Virus record (IMG/VR): IMGVR_UViG_3300044766_000192
Coordinates: 1-64,000 of that record
DNA from: a virus
Length of the DNA: 64,000 nt
Direction: 5' to 3' (one strand)
Numbering within the stretch: position 1 is the stretch's first letter; each line of letters opens with the position of its first letter. The position numbers and the translations under genes are program-made. Positions 27,367-36,897 of the stretch are shown in pieces. The notes under the pieces are model-generated. The model saw nothing but the letters and a program-made list of their open reading frames with translations, was not told where the DNA came from and searched no databases.

Positions 27367-27816
27367 TAGTAAACCATGACGGTTTTTAGACTGCCCGGCC
27401 TTCACTGTCACACGGATAATCTGAGCGGGATCTCGCTTCAGATATCGGATTGCAGCTTTCAGGCTTTTAACCGAGTCGTGAAAGAAGCCAATTCCTAGGT
27501 TGCAGCGCAAACAAAGCAAGCCTCGAATCCGATTGGTCGCGTGGCAATGATCCAAGCTCAGGCGGCGTGTTTCGGATCTCTTACAGATTGCGCATTGACC
27601 CTTCTGCTTTTTGAACAAGTAGGCGTACAGCCATTTGCTTTTCAGCCCCTTGTTGGTGTGCTTGCGCTGATACGCAGCGGCCCGCAACTTTGCGGCCCCG
27701 CGCGCTACACCTGCAGCGATCTCACGTTCAATGATTGATTCGTCGCGTTGTTTCGCTAAAGCCCTGAGGCGTGCCTTGAAATCACGTCGAAATCTCTTCA
27801 GTTTTGCCTGTTCCAT
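27349..27816 (-). CDS. Endonuclease VII-like HNH nuclease
   Basis: CAIC...LDHCH....RGLLC..CN.GIG. Confidence 0.88.
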   Translation of the reverse strand: MEQAKLKRFRRDFKARLRALAKQRDESIIEREIAAGVARGAAKLRAAAYQRKHTNKGLKSKWLYAYLFKKQKGQCAICKRSETRRLSLDHCHATNRIRGLLCLRCNLGIGFFHDSVKSLKAAIRYLKRDPAQIIRVTVKAGQSKNRHGLLVDQGH

Positions 27817-27825
27817 AAACAGTTC

Positions 27826-28158
27826 CTAGTTCCGAGCTTTAGCTACTACCGCATCGTGTGTGGCTACCCACTGCTCGCAGAGCTTGTCGATCAGCTTCTT
27901 ATCGGTCACGAGCTTGCCGTGAATTGCATCCGGTGGCGGCACGCACAAGTCAACCGTGTTGGCCTGCACTTCGCCACCAGGGTTCACACCGAGTGCGTGC
28001 GAGAGCTGAACGGCTGTGATCATCCCGCGAGCTTGAATGATCGTGACGCCGAGAAACCCGGTGTCATCAGCAAATGAAAGATGCCACCACAGCGCGGGTT
28101 CGCTTGTTTCTTTGGCCAGATACTCCGCGATGCGCTTTTGGCGTTCCTTGTCTTTCAT
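27826..28158 (-). CDS. Hypothetical phage protein
   Basis: WWHLSFAD..FLG...GVNPGGEV. Confidence 0.6.
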   Translation of the reverse strand: MKDKERQKRIAEYLAKETSEPALWWHLSFADDTGFLGVTIIQARGMITAVQLSHALGVNPGGEVQANTVDLCVPPPDAIHGKLVTDKKLIDKLCEQWVATHDAVVAKARN

Positions 28159-28985
28159 GATTTGGGCTCTCCTGGGTACTGGCCTTGCTTGATCCGAGCC
28201 TTGCGCATAGCTTCCGTGCCCTTCCGATAGGATCGGATGCGTTCCAAAAGCTCGTAATAGGGCCCAGGAAGCGATACGGCTACCCAAGATGAGATCGCGC
28301 CTTCGACTTGAGCGAGTAGTCCGTCGACTCTGATTCGTTCATCAGCGAGTCCAAGCGAGTAATCCTGTGGTTGAATGTGATTGCGTGATTCGATACACGC
28401 ACAAAGTACTTTCAGTTCCTCGGCGAGAGCATCACGTTGTGTCCTAGCCTCATCGCGCTCTTTGCGGAATATTTGTTCGCAAGAATGAGCGGCTTGCATC
28501 GATGCGAATGCCCCATCGAACTGCGCTCTGGCCTCATCGCGCTGTACCTTGACCGCTTCGCGTTCTTGACGCAGTTGTAGCGCCCGTTCCGAGTTGGCGC
28601 GAGAGTCCTTAGAAAGAGTGCTGACAGCGACGTCGAGCTGCTTCACGCGCACGCGGAGACGATTGATCTCCGCATCGCGCTCGGCAAGCAATTGAGCGTT
28701 GATCAACGGTTGATCGAGCCACGGCATCCGACGCCACTCTTCTTTCGTCTCGGGCTCTTCGCCTTCGGGCAAGAACACGAGCGTGTCGAATATGAGCCCA
28801 TGGCTGTTGTGCTCGATGACCCAAGCGAGCAGCCGAGTATGGGATGGAAAGCTCGATCGCTTCGTGATGCACTCGCCGCCGGGATGTCCGTAGGCACCGC
28901 CGAGATCGGTTCCCTGCCACGGCATCTGATCGCCACAGCGAGAACAGGTGATCGTTCCCCTTTCAATGGACGAGGGCATGTTCAC
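28155..28985 (-). CDS. Coiled-coil hypothetical protein
   Basis: ERDEAR repeats. Confidence 0.6.
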   Translation of the reverse strand: MNMPSSIERGTITCSRCGDQMPWQGTDLGGAYGHPGGECITKRSSFPSHTRLLAWVIEHNSHGLIFDTLVFLPEGEEPETKEEWRRMPWLDQPLINAQLLAERDAEINRLRVRVKQLDVAVSTLSKDSRANSERALQLRQEREAVKVQRDEARAQFDGAFASMQAAHSCEQIFRKERDEARTQRDALAEELKVLCACIESRNHIQPQDYSLGLADERIRVDGLLAQVEGAISSWVAVSLPGPYYELLERIRSYRKGTEAMRKARIKQGQYPGEPKS

Positions 28986-29478
28986 TCCAGAACTTGGTTG
29001 AAGCTTCGAGATCTTTGCAGCTCGGATCGCCGGGCTCTTGCGGTGTCAACGGGCCACCAAACGCTGTGAACAGGATGCAAGCGTGCTTGATCTTGCCGTT
29101 GTGGTCGCACATCGGGCAGCCTTCGTGCCCTGACTGGAGCCCGGGAATCGGGCCAGAGAAGATAGGGATCATCGGACAAGGTTCTTCGTGCGGCCCTGCG
29201 ATCACGGTGACGAGCCGCGTCGTGCGAACGCCGAGTCGCTGTACGATGCGCGACTTCCACGCACGCGATCCACGCACGCCGTAGCTGACCTCAGACTCGG
29301 CGATCGGCTCGTCGCCCATGATCGGCCCGTAGAGCCCGCACGGCACCGAGCCCAGCTCTGGGGGCAACTCGATTGTCTCGATGAAGAACGAGTCACGAGT
29401 CGCGAATCGCTCGAAGATGTAAGCGATCTGAGCCTCGGTGAGCCCGTGGTCTAGATGCGATTCGGGATGGCGCTTCAT
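28963..29478 (-). CDS. Hypothetical phage protein (SHLDH...LYGP...TAFGGP..PQEP)
   Basis: ATGA-coupled start, coherent ORF. Confidence 0.65.
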   Translation of the reverse strand: MKRHPESHLDHGLTEAQIAYIFERFATRDSFFIETIELPPELGSVPCGLYGPIMGDEPIAESEVSYGVRGSRAWKSRIVQRLGVRTTRLVTVIAGPHEEPCPMIPIFSGPIPGLQSGHEGCPMCDHNGKIKHACILFTAFGGPLTPQEPGDPSCKDLEASTKFWSEHALVH

Positions 29479-29786
29479 TTCTTGGTGCTCCGCGATTTGT
29501 AGGTTGGGGCTCCGTAGACTGGCGGCTCTTGGATGGACCAACGTCGAGGAGACGCTGAATGGCCGAAGACTTCAGGCTTGGCGTCCTTCGCTCGCGCTAG
29601 TCCAGCCACTGCGATCAGCGCGAGCCCGAGCTGTTCGGCTTCGTCTGGGGTAAATGTCCCTTCGAATGAGGGTGTAACGGCATTCATCGTGAACATCGTG
29701 ACTACGCGCTCGTTATCAAGCGAAACGGTCTCTTCGACGCCGATCTCAGCGCCATTATCGAGCCTAACGATTCGTTGAGCGCTCAT
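29475..29786 (-). CDS. Hypothetical protein
   Basis: AAGGAG SD, coupled ORFs. Confidence 0.5.
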   Translation of the reverse strand: MSAQRIVRLDNGAEIGVEETVSLDNERVVTMFTMNAVTPSFEGTFTPDEAEQLGLALIAVAGLARAKDAKPEVFGHSASPRRWSIQEPPVYGAPTYKSRSTKK

Positions 29787-30007
29787 CGGCGCTCCTTGCG
29801 GTAGTCATTGACGAACTTGTAGCCCTGTGCTGACGCGACGTCTTGATCAGGGGGATGCGCGACGACCTTGCAGCGAATCTCGTGGCCGTATGCATGGGGT
29901 AACGCGTGGGTCATGATGCTGTGCGCGCGATCGTCAGTCAGATCAAAACCGTCTTCGACCCACGTCTCGCTGACTTCGATCTCGACGGTCCACTTGAAGA
30001 ATTTCAT
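29783..30007 (-). CDS. Hypothetical phage protein (WVEDGFDL family)
   Basis: GGAGG SD. Confidence 0.6.
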   Translation of the reverse strand: MKFFKWTVEIEVSETWVEDGFDLTDDRAHSIMTHALPHAYGHEIRCKVVAHPPDQDVASAQGYKFVNDYRKERR

Positions 30008-30262
30008 TTGCACGCCTCCTCGCAGCGCTCGCACGGATGGTGCAAGCAATGGATGTGGTGATCGGGCTTCGCGCAGCACGCTGCGCCCGCAGCCATCGGC
30101 GGATACTTGAATCCGCACGTGTGGCAGACGAGCCGCCAGTGCTTGGGCAAGATTCCGCACGTGTGCTCGTTTCTTGTTCTCACGTGCGAATCTTGATCAT
30201 GAGCTGGGTTGATGCCGCGAGCGGCGCGCTGATGTCGTTGCTCCCCGGCCGTTCGCAGAGCT

Positions 30263-30646
30263 TCACGGAGATACACTTGCGTCGATCTGCCTGCCACAGA
30301 CGCTGATCTTCGTGAATCCGCCATCTGGGTTTGGGCAGATGAAGACGCCGCACGTATTGTCGGGGAAGCTTGGTAGCGCGCACGCGCGCAGGGCATCTTC
30401 ATCGGGCAAGAGCGCGCAGCACGGATCAATTGCAGTCGCGTCGAGCTTGCTGTCGATCGCAGCGTCGGGCTCTGAGCCAGATAGTACGCACTGCGATCCG
30501 TTGCATTCGCAGACGTGTCGCGACGTGCAAGGCAAAAAACCTGTGCAGCCAAGCTCGGCGCAGGTTTCAAGCTTGTTGTCGCCACATGCTTGCAGCGTGA
30601 GCACGATGAAGAACCACATCCATCGAATAAGCTTTTTGATGATCAC
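30263..30646 (-). CDS. Cys-rich lipoprotein, myxobacterial type
   Basis: AAGGAG SD, signal with LQAC lipobox, PDAAIDS linker, paired Cys. Confidence 0.7.
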   Translation of the reverse strand: MIIKKLIRWMWFFIVLTLQACGDNKLETCAELGCTGFLPCTSRHVCECNGSQCVLSGSEPDAAIDSKLDATAIDPCCALLPDEDALRACALPSFPDNTCGVFICPNPDGGFTKISVCGRQIDASVSP

Positions 30647-30665
30647 GGTTGTCTCCTTTTGGGAT

Positions 30666-30983
30666 CTAAACGCACTCGATGCAGCAGAGACCGCTGACGA
30701 CGACCCCGAGCGCGCAATGGTCCATCGATACGCAGCATTCGTTTGGGTTGATCGCGGCGCACTCCGCGTTCGTCGTGCAAGAAATCGGGCTGTCGATCGG
30801 CGGCGCGTCTGGTACATGACTATCTGTTCGTCCATCCGAGCAGGCATCACATGGCAGCGCGTCGTAGTGGATCTCCTGTAGGTTGAACAGCTGATCGCAC
30901 GCCGCGAGCGCAAACAGCAACCCAGCGTACGCCCAGAATGCGTACAGCCCAGTAACGCGCTTGAATCCGGCACGTGGCTTCAT
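30666..30983 (-). CDS. Cys-rich lipoprotein, myxobacterial type
   Basis: LAAC lipobox, PDAPPID linker, CTTNAEC repeat unit. Confidence 0.65.
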   Translation of the reverse strand: MKPRAGFKRVTGLYAFWAYAGLLFALAACDQLFNLQEIHYDALPCDACSDGRTDSHVPDAPPIDSPISCTTNAECAAINPNECCVSMDHCALGVVVSGLCCIECV

Positions 30984-31192
30984 CGGTATTGACCCTTCGA
31001 GATCGTCAGGGCCATGTCGGCGATGTCTTCATAGATTTTGGCGGCGGGATACGCGACATCCTGTTGATGCTGTTGCTCCTCGGCTGTGCCGTGCAGTGGC
31101 ACGCTGTTGATCAGCTTGGTTGCTTTGCCGCGCAGCATCCCAGCGAACGCGCGCCAGTCTTCTGATGGATGCCGGCTCATCTGAGTCTCCAT
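30980..31192 (-). CDS. Hypothetical protein
   Basis: Coupled ORFs. Confidence 0.45.
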   Translation of the reverse strand: METQMSRHPSEDWRAFAGMLRGKATKLINSVPLHGTAEEQQHQQDVAYPAAKIYEDIADMALTISKGQYR

Positions 31193-31349
31193 GAAACATC
31201 GACGTTGTTGCGCTTGCCGAATCGCCGTGCGGCTTGCTCGGCACCTTTTGGTGTCTTACGAATCGCAACCCGCACGCCACTAGCGTTGCAGGGAAAGTAC
31301 GCAAACACGTGATAGCGGAATCCCGCAGCGGCCTGTAGACGTTCGCCTC

Positions 31350-31622
31350 TCACGCGATCTCCCTTCGGCAAGCCTGACAGTAAGTCACGCCGTGCTCGAT
31401 ACACGGTCGCGGTGACTTGTCGGGAGGCAGGTACCGCGTGTCGCGCTCGAACTTGATTCGCGCTACGTGTGACGCACCGATGACTTTGCGCGTGTTGGCG
31501 TGCCGGCACTTCTCACCGGGGCCAACTTGGCAAGTCGGGCACTCGAGCGCCGCTTCGTGCTCGTTGCCCGCGTTCGCGGCGAGCTTGAGCAGCTTTTGGA
31601 TCCTGTCGATGATCTTGCTCAT
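31350..31622 (-). CDS. DUF2786-like N-terminal segment fused to Zn finger
   Basis: KIIDRIQKLLKLA...NEHEAAL then CPTC..GPGEKC...H.AR. Confidence 0.55.
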   Translation of the reverse strand: MSKIIDRIQKLLKLAANAGNEHEAALECPTCQVGPGEKCRHANTRKVIGASHVARIKFERDTRYLPPDKSPRPCIEHGVTYCQACRREIA

Positions 31623-32308
31623 GACTGCGCCTCGCTTTCGTTCGGCCGGTCCGCCATCTGCTCGGCGACCCACGCGAGCGACTCGACGTCGGCGAGCGCA
31701 TAGCTCGCCGTGGTGATCTGGGTGCCGTTGCTGCGATCAGTGCCGCCGTAGTCGACCGTGCGGTAGGTGCCGCAATGCGAGCAGACGCTCGTGCAGCGGA
31801 CCGAGCCGTGATCGCTGCCCCACACACCGGGGTTTTCCTTGACGCCGCCGACGACCGAATACGGCGAGCGCCAGTCGTGCTCGCGCTCGTCTGCGCAGTC
31901 TGGCTCCGTGGGGTCGATCGTGATCGTGTCCGTGTCCGTCTCGTCGATCAGGTCGTTGGTGACGCGGATCGTGATCCGAAAGGTCTCCTCGACGTCGCCG
32001 TAACAGCTAGCATCGTAGTCGGCGGTGGCGATTTCAAGTGCCTCAGCGGACGAGGAGGCCCACACGGTACGGTAATCGTTGCCCTCCTCGGACACGTCCC
32101 ACTCGATTTCCTCATCAGAGTGCATCAGTATGTTGCGCGCCGCGACAACGGCCTTGTCGGCCGCAAGCGAGGCCAGGTAGGTCGGCGCAGTCTCGTCGTC
32201 GGCGTCTGCTGAGTCGTCCTCCTGCCACGCCTGCTCGGCGAGCTTGGCAGCCGCAACGGCGCACAGTAGAGCCGTCGCGAGCGGGCCGTTCGTGTGGATG
32301 GTGCTCAC
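31619..32308 (-). CDS. Acidic hypothetical protein with C-terminal Zn ribbon
   Basis: D/E-rich; HDW...ENPGV...CSHCG. Confidence 0.65.
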   Translation of the reverse strand: MSTIHTNGPLATALLCAVAAAKLAEQAWQEDDSADADDETAPTYLASLAADKAVVAARNILMHSDEEIEWDVSEEGNDYRTVWASSSAEALEIATADYDASCYGDVEETFRITIRVTNDLIDETDTDTITIDPTEPDCADEREHDWRSPYSVVGGVKENPGVWGSDHGSVRCTSVCSHCGTYRTVDYGGTDRSNGTQITTASYALADVESLAWVAEQMADRPNESEAQS

Positions 32309-32487
32309 GACTGCCCCCTATGGTTGTCGACGAACGAGGTAACGACCTGTCCGCAGTTGTTTGCGATCTCGTCGGCGAGATTCGCGCATTCGATCGGTCC
32401 GACGGCGCCGGGGAGTTTGCGTTCGAGCACGGCGAGCGCTGAGGCTCGCATCGCCTCGGTGATTCGTTTGAGTAGATCGGAATTCAT
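32305..32487 (-). CDS. Hypothetical protein
   Basis: GAAGGAACACCCC leader. Confidence 0.55.
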   Translation of the reverse strand: MNSDLLKRITEAMRASALAVLERKLPGAVGPIECANLADEIANNCGQVVTSFVDNHRGQS

Positions 32488-32571
32488 GGGGTGTTCCTTC
32501 GTTGGGTTTGACTTCGTCAGTGCGCCGGGGACCATCCGAACGCAGACCCGGCACGTTGCCGGGTTTCGTCG

Positions 32572-32844
32572 CTAGTTCGTGCCCTCCGCAGAACACCCCT
32601 GCACCACGGAGGGTGAAATAGCTGACGAAGTAGTAGCGCGAGCCATCGCGTCGATCACTTGCCACGCCTCGGCGAGCGCGAACACGTGACGAGCGACGAG
32701 CAGGGCTCGATCAAACGAAGTCTCGCCGGGCTCGAATGGGGCCGTAGCCAGCTCCGTGATTTCTTGCGCGGCGCGATTAGCTTGATCGACGGCTGCTGAG
32801 ATCAGCCCGCTCGGCGATAGGTCTGTGACGATGACGGTAGGCAT
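32572..32844 (-). CDS. Hypothetical protein
   Basis: AAGGAACCACACCCC leader; class A promoter at 32872-32893. Confidence 0.55.
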   Translation of the reverse strand: MPTVIVTDLSPSGLISAAVDQANRAAQEITELATAPFEPGETSFDRALLVARHVFALAEAWQVIDAMARATTSSAISPSVVQGCSAEGTN

Positions 32845-32894
32845 GGGGTGTGGTTCCTTGGTTGCTTGACGCTTGTAGCTCGCAGATCTGACAA

Positions 32895-33149
32895 CTAGCC
32901 GAACGTGGCCGTGGTCGAGTTAGCGTGTGCTCGCCGTGCGCTCGCGCTCATCGGTGTTGCGCGATACGCACCACACGCGTATCCCGTGCGGTTAGTGGTC
33001 TGGTACCAATGACCTCCGGATCCTGCACGATGTCCGTACGCATCTAGAAACCGGACGTGCTTGATCGCTTCGCGCCATGCTTCACGGGCGCTACGCCGCG
33101 TAAAGCTGGCGACAAGTCGAGACACTCGATACACGTAGATTGTGATCAT
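32895..33149 (-). CDS. Small basic hypothetical protein
   Basis: GAAAGGA SD. Confidence 0.45.
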   Translation of the reverse strand: MITIYVYRVSRLVASFTRRSAREAWREAIKHVRFLDAYGHRAGSGGHWYQTTNRTGYACGAYRATPMSASARRAHANSTTATFG

Positions 33150-33184
33150 CGTAGAGATCCTTTCATCGAGGTACGGCGTTCTCA

Positions 33185-35323
33185 TCAGTCAAGATCCAGC
33201 TCCACAAAGTCACAGAGCGAGTTGAGCAGTGCACGCAGCTCGTCAACGGCAACCTTGAGCGGCGCGTGCGCCTTTGGGCCGATCAGCTCGCGAAAGCCTT
33301 CGACGCGTGCCGCGACCTTGCTCAAATCCTTCACGCGGTTTGCAGCGGCTTCCGGCGACGCATCGGCGCGACGAGCGGCTAGCTCTTGCTCGGCCGTGCC
33401 AAGACAACTTTCGAGCGCTTTGCGCGCCGCTGCTTTGCCAGCGTCGGCTTTGTTGTTCTCGTACGCCTTGCGCACGGCGGCGATCTCGGCTGACAGCGTG
33501 CGAGCGATGCCATCGGCCATCCCCGCTTTGCTGGCCAGCTCTCCCACGCCGATACCGCGCCCGAGGAACGGCAATGCCGCGTTGACGAAGTTTCGAATCT
33601 TGGTGCAATGCTCATCTGACCCGGGGCAGTAGATGAAGCCATCAGACTTGACCGCGTAGAATTCATTGTGCAGCTTGCGCTTGAGCCACCCGAGCAAGTC
33701 ACTCGCGGTGTAGCGCTCGCCGTCGATGCGCTCGTCAAACGCGGCAACCACGCGCTCACGTAGCTCCGTGGTCCCACCAACGAAGCGGATCTCGTCGTCG
33801 GCCGTCAGCTCGGCGATCAACTCCTTATCACCGGCTGAACCCAGCACAGCGGCATCATTCGGGCGATCCACGATCCATCGGCTCGCGACATCCGCCGGCC
33901 ACGCCGTAGCGTGCTTCTTTTTGGCGGCACGTGTCCGCAACCCGCCGCCGTTGAGCGTTTGCATCACGGCGCCAAACTGCGCTTTGTTGCTCTTGACGCC
34001 TGGCGCTAGGTCGCGGAAACCGGCTTCAGTGAGCGCAGCGACGAGCGGCGCGCGTTCTTGCGATACGCCACGATGCGCATCGCCTGGGGCAATCACGATC
34101 CCCATGCCATCAGCAACGAGCCCAGCGATCAACATGCTACGCATCTCGTCGGAGCGCGTCTCGGCCGCACGCGTCTCGGCTCGGGCGATCTCCGTCGCAT
34201 TTTGAGCCGTAGGCGTAGCCGTTGTTTTCCACAGCGCACGGCGTTGCGCGGCGGTCATGTCCATCGCGTTGACGCTCGGCGTGTGCGTGATGCCAACCCC
34301 GACAGGGAGTGTTGACTCGGGGATGATCGTCACGGTGAGCGCGTCGATCTGAGCCTGTGTGTAGTGGTAGGCCCTGCGAAGAATGCTCTTGTAGCTCTCG
34401 GCAGTCGCTTGCTTGACTCCATGCGCAAGCGCCGTCACGTAGCCTTGTGCCGTCGAGAAACCAACACCGCGAAGCTGGCCACCGGCCATCGATCCGAGCG
34501 TCGTACCCGCCGCGTTGCTCGCGCCTTCCGTCGCGATGCCGGTCAAGTCGCCGATGAGCGTCGAGCCCGAGCTAGTTGGCTCTTGCGCCGACTCGGCGGC
34601 AATCTCGACGGGCGCGGCAACATAGCCCGCTGATTGCGCTAGCGCCGCTAGGTAGCCCGACTCGGAGGGCAAGCTCACAGCCGGGGTAGGTGAAACCGGG
34701 CTAGCGCTGCCCACGTATTCCGACTCGGGGACTACAACGCACGCACGCTCACCATTGGCGCGCGTCGTGACGACTGCCGTCACGATCTGGTAGCTCACGC
34801 GCCCGCCCTTCGTAGTCACGCGTAGCCGTGAGCCTACGGTGGCCGGGCCCGTCGTGAGGGCATGGAATGCACCGCCACCGGCCGGGATCCAACGGGCCGC
34901 GAGCGGCGCGGGCTGTGCTACGGGCGCGAGTGCAGCGGCGACGGGAGCCGGGGTAGGAGCCGCGACGGCGACGGGCGCAGGGGCCGCGACGGGGCGCCCG
35001 AAGAACGCGAGCGCGCCAGGTTGCCCGAGCGCAGCCCCGAACGAGCCCCACAGGCGAGCCCACACGAGCGCGAGCACGGTGAGCGGCGTGGGCGCTACGG
35101 GTGCCGTGCAGCGCGCTTGCGCGGCGGCAAGTGCAGCGCGTACGGCGGCTTTGCCTGCACCCTCGGACTGTGCACGGATAGGCTCGATGATCTTGGCGAT
35201 CTCGCTACGCGAGGTAGCGCCGTCGAGCATATCCACTGCGTTGCGAGCCCACGGGGGAAGCGGTAGGGCGTCCATTTCGAGATCGAGCACGTCGTCGGGA
35301 ACGGGGGTGTTTGCGGTCGCCAT
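33185..35323 (-). CDS. Large early protein: Ala/Pro-rich N-terminal half, C-terminal globular/helical domain
   Basis: First gene after the leftward promoter; GAAGGA SD before ATG 35323 (35362 is an alternative start). Confidence 0.7.
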   Translation of the reverse strand: MATANTPVPDDVLDLEMDALPLPPWARNAVDMLDGATSRSEIAKIIEPIRAQSEGAGKAAVRAALAAAQARCTAPVAPTPLTVLALVWARLWGSFGAALGQPGALAFFGRPVAAPAPVAVAAPTPAPVAAALAPVAQPAPLAARWIPAGGGAFHALTTGPATVGSRLRVTTKGGRVSYQIVTAVVTTRANGERACVVVPESEYVGSASPVSPTPAVSLPSESGYLAALAQSAGYVAAPVEIAAESAQEPTSSGSTLIGDLTGIATEGASNAAGTTLGSMAGGQLRGVGFSTAQGYVTALAHGVKQATAESYKSILRRAYHYTQAQIDALTVTIIPESTLPVGVGITHTPSVNAMDMTAAQRRALWKTTATPTAQNATEIARAETRAAETRSDEMRSMLIAGLVADGMGIVIAPGDAHRGVSQERAPLVAALTEAGFRDLAPGVKSNKAQFGAVMQTLNGGGLRTRAAKKKHATAWPADVASRWIVDRPNDAAVLGSAGDKELIAELTADDEIRFVGGTTELRERVVAAFDERIDGERYTASDLLGWLKRKLHNEFYAVKSDGFIYCPGSDEHCTKIRNFVNAALPFLGRGIGVGELASKAGMADGIARTLSAEIAAVRKAYENNKADAGKAAARKALESCLGTAEQELAARRADASPEAAANRVKDLSKVAARVEGFRELIGPKAHAPLKVAVDELRALLNSLCDFVELDLD

Positions 35324-35412
35324 GGGGTGTTTTCCTTCGTTCGGGGTGTTGTCGTCGGTCATGGGGGGCTGTGCTTTTTCCGTCTCACCAACCAACCCAC
35401 CAACCGAAGTCA

Positions 35413-35441
35413 ACTGTAGATCAGGGGTTATGTTAATGCAA
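35413..35441 (-). promoter_or_regulatory. Sigma70-type promoter TTGCAT-N17-TACAGT for the leftward operon
   Basis: Near-consensus hexamers, 17-nt spacer, upstream A tract. Confidence 0.7.
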
Positions 35442-35468
35442 TCTTTTTCGACGGTCGGTGTGTAAGTA

Positions 35469-35747
35469 TCGGATATCTATCCGAAAATAGTTACTTGCCC
35501 AAACCGATCCGATCCCCTACCATGGTTTACAGAATCATCCGAAATATCTGTAATAGTTTCCGAAAGTTATGAAATAGTTTCCGAATTCATCCGAGTTGTT
35601 TCGGATACTTACGAATCGACATCCGAAAGCCATCCGAAATGTCCAAAAACGCCCCGATCCAGGCTCGGATCTGACTCGGATCTGGCTCGGATCCAGCCCC
35701 CTATCTACTGATCCAAAAACCCCCAAAATCCCCCATCCGACTCGGAT
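35469..35747. repeat. Array of ATCCGA/TCGGAT hexamers (13 exact plus 2 TTCCGA), putative origin/centromere/operator
   Basis: AT-richer noncoding region; many copies 10-11 or about 21 bp apart. Confidence 0.75.
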
Positions 35748-35808
35748 TTCGTAGCTCTCCAGCGAGCCGAATCCTCTCCAGCTAGCAACATCGTTTGAGG
35801 TCAAACTA

Positions 35809-36141
35809 ATGCCGCGTTTCAGAAAAGGCGGGCTCTACTCCAGTCGCGATCCATCCGCCAGAACGATCGCCGTTCGACTCTCCGGGGACCTGTGTTCTGC
35901 CGTCGAAGAGGCGTGCTCCGCGCAGGGGATCACGGTCAGCGAATTCTTGCGCGAGATGATCCACGCGTGGTGCTACGGGCAATCGCAACTCCAGAGCCCG
36001 AGCGACGGCTACCGCCAAGCACGATCGATGGCGACACAACTCGCGAACGCCGCGATCAGCCGCGCGCTCGCGGATCTGCCGGATACGCCCGAGGGCGCGA
36101 CGCAGATGCTCGGCGAATTCTACGGGCGGCGCAGTGGTTAG
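35809..36141 (+). CDS. Ribbon-helix-helix (CopG-like) DNA-binding protein
   Basis: TIAVRLSGDL...VEEACSAQGITVSEFLREMI. Confidence 0.75.
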   Translation: MPRFRKGGLYSSRDPSARTIAVRLSGDLCSAVEEACSAQGITVSEFLREMIHAWCYGQSQLQSPSDGYRQARSMATQLANAAISRALADLPDTPEGATQMLGEFYGRRSG

Positions 36142-36730
36142 CGCCTGGCCCCAAGTCTTCGGGCTCATGCCGACGATACCGAGCCGCGCAGACTTCGTCA
36201 CGCGTGCAACGCGGTTCTGGGCGGCACAAGACTACGAGGGCAAGATGCAGCTCGTGATCGAGGCGTCGAGCGAAACCATCCCAGCCAAACTCGACAGGAT
36301 GATTGCCGAGCGCGCCGACGTCGAAGGCGCGATCTTCTTTCGATGGGACGACGATGACTATCACGGACCATCGCGCGTGCGCCGCCAAATCGCGGCGCTA
36401 CTCGCCGATCCAATTGCAGAGGTTTGCGGCTTGCGGCCGGCGCTCTACTACCATCGAGCGCAAGCCAAGGTCCTGAGCTTCGTCACGCGATCATTCGACG
36501 CAACGATCGCATTTCGTCGCGCGTACTGGGCTCGCGGGCCGCGAGATGCCGAGCCCTGGCAAAGACTCGCGCGCCAACCAAAGGACACGATCGTAACGAT
36601 TGACGGCGCGCTCGACTACGTCTGGGTTCGACACGGAATGAACTACTCACCCGATCCAGAGACGAACGATGCACGCTGGCGACCAACGACGGTCACCGCA
36701 GATGAGATCGAGCGCTTGCTAGCTAGCTAG
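36134..36730 (+). CDS. GT2-like glycosyltransferase
   Basis: FFRWDDDDYHGPSRV..Q. Confidence 0.7.
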   Translation: MVSAWPQVFGLMPTIPSRADFVTRATRFWAAQDYEGKMQLVIEASSETIPAKLDRMIAERADVEGAIFFRWDDDDYHGPSRVRRQIAALLADPIAEVCGLRPALYYHRAQAKVLSFVTRSFDATIAFRRAYWARGPRDAEPWQRLARQPKDTIVTIDGALDYVWVRHGMNYSPDPETNDARWRPTTVTADEIERLLAS

Positions 36731-36897
36731 CCAGCCTTGCGTGTGTATTTGATCGCAAGCCGCTCGCACTTCGGGCACTGCCTTGGCTTCAAGACGTAGA
36801 CGTCAGCAACCGTTCCTGATGGGAGCTTGATCGCCCCAACAACAATCTCGATCGTCTCCCATGTGTGCCCGGCCGCGCATGTTGCAACACGCGGCAT
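36727..36897 (-). CDS. Small Zn-ribbon protein
   Basis: CAAGH...CPKC, TGATG coupling. Confidence 0.5.
   Translation of the reverse strand: MPRVATCAAGHTWETIEIVVGAIKLPSGTVADVYVLKPRQCPKCERLAIKYTRKAG

Noticed and set aside
35324-35413. TTG start giving a 742-aa protein
   Set aside because: Overlaps the -10 element; a downstream ATG has a good SD
35469-35747. Repeat array as CRISPR
   Set aside because: Units are 6-11 bp with no unique spacers
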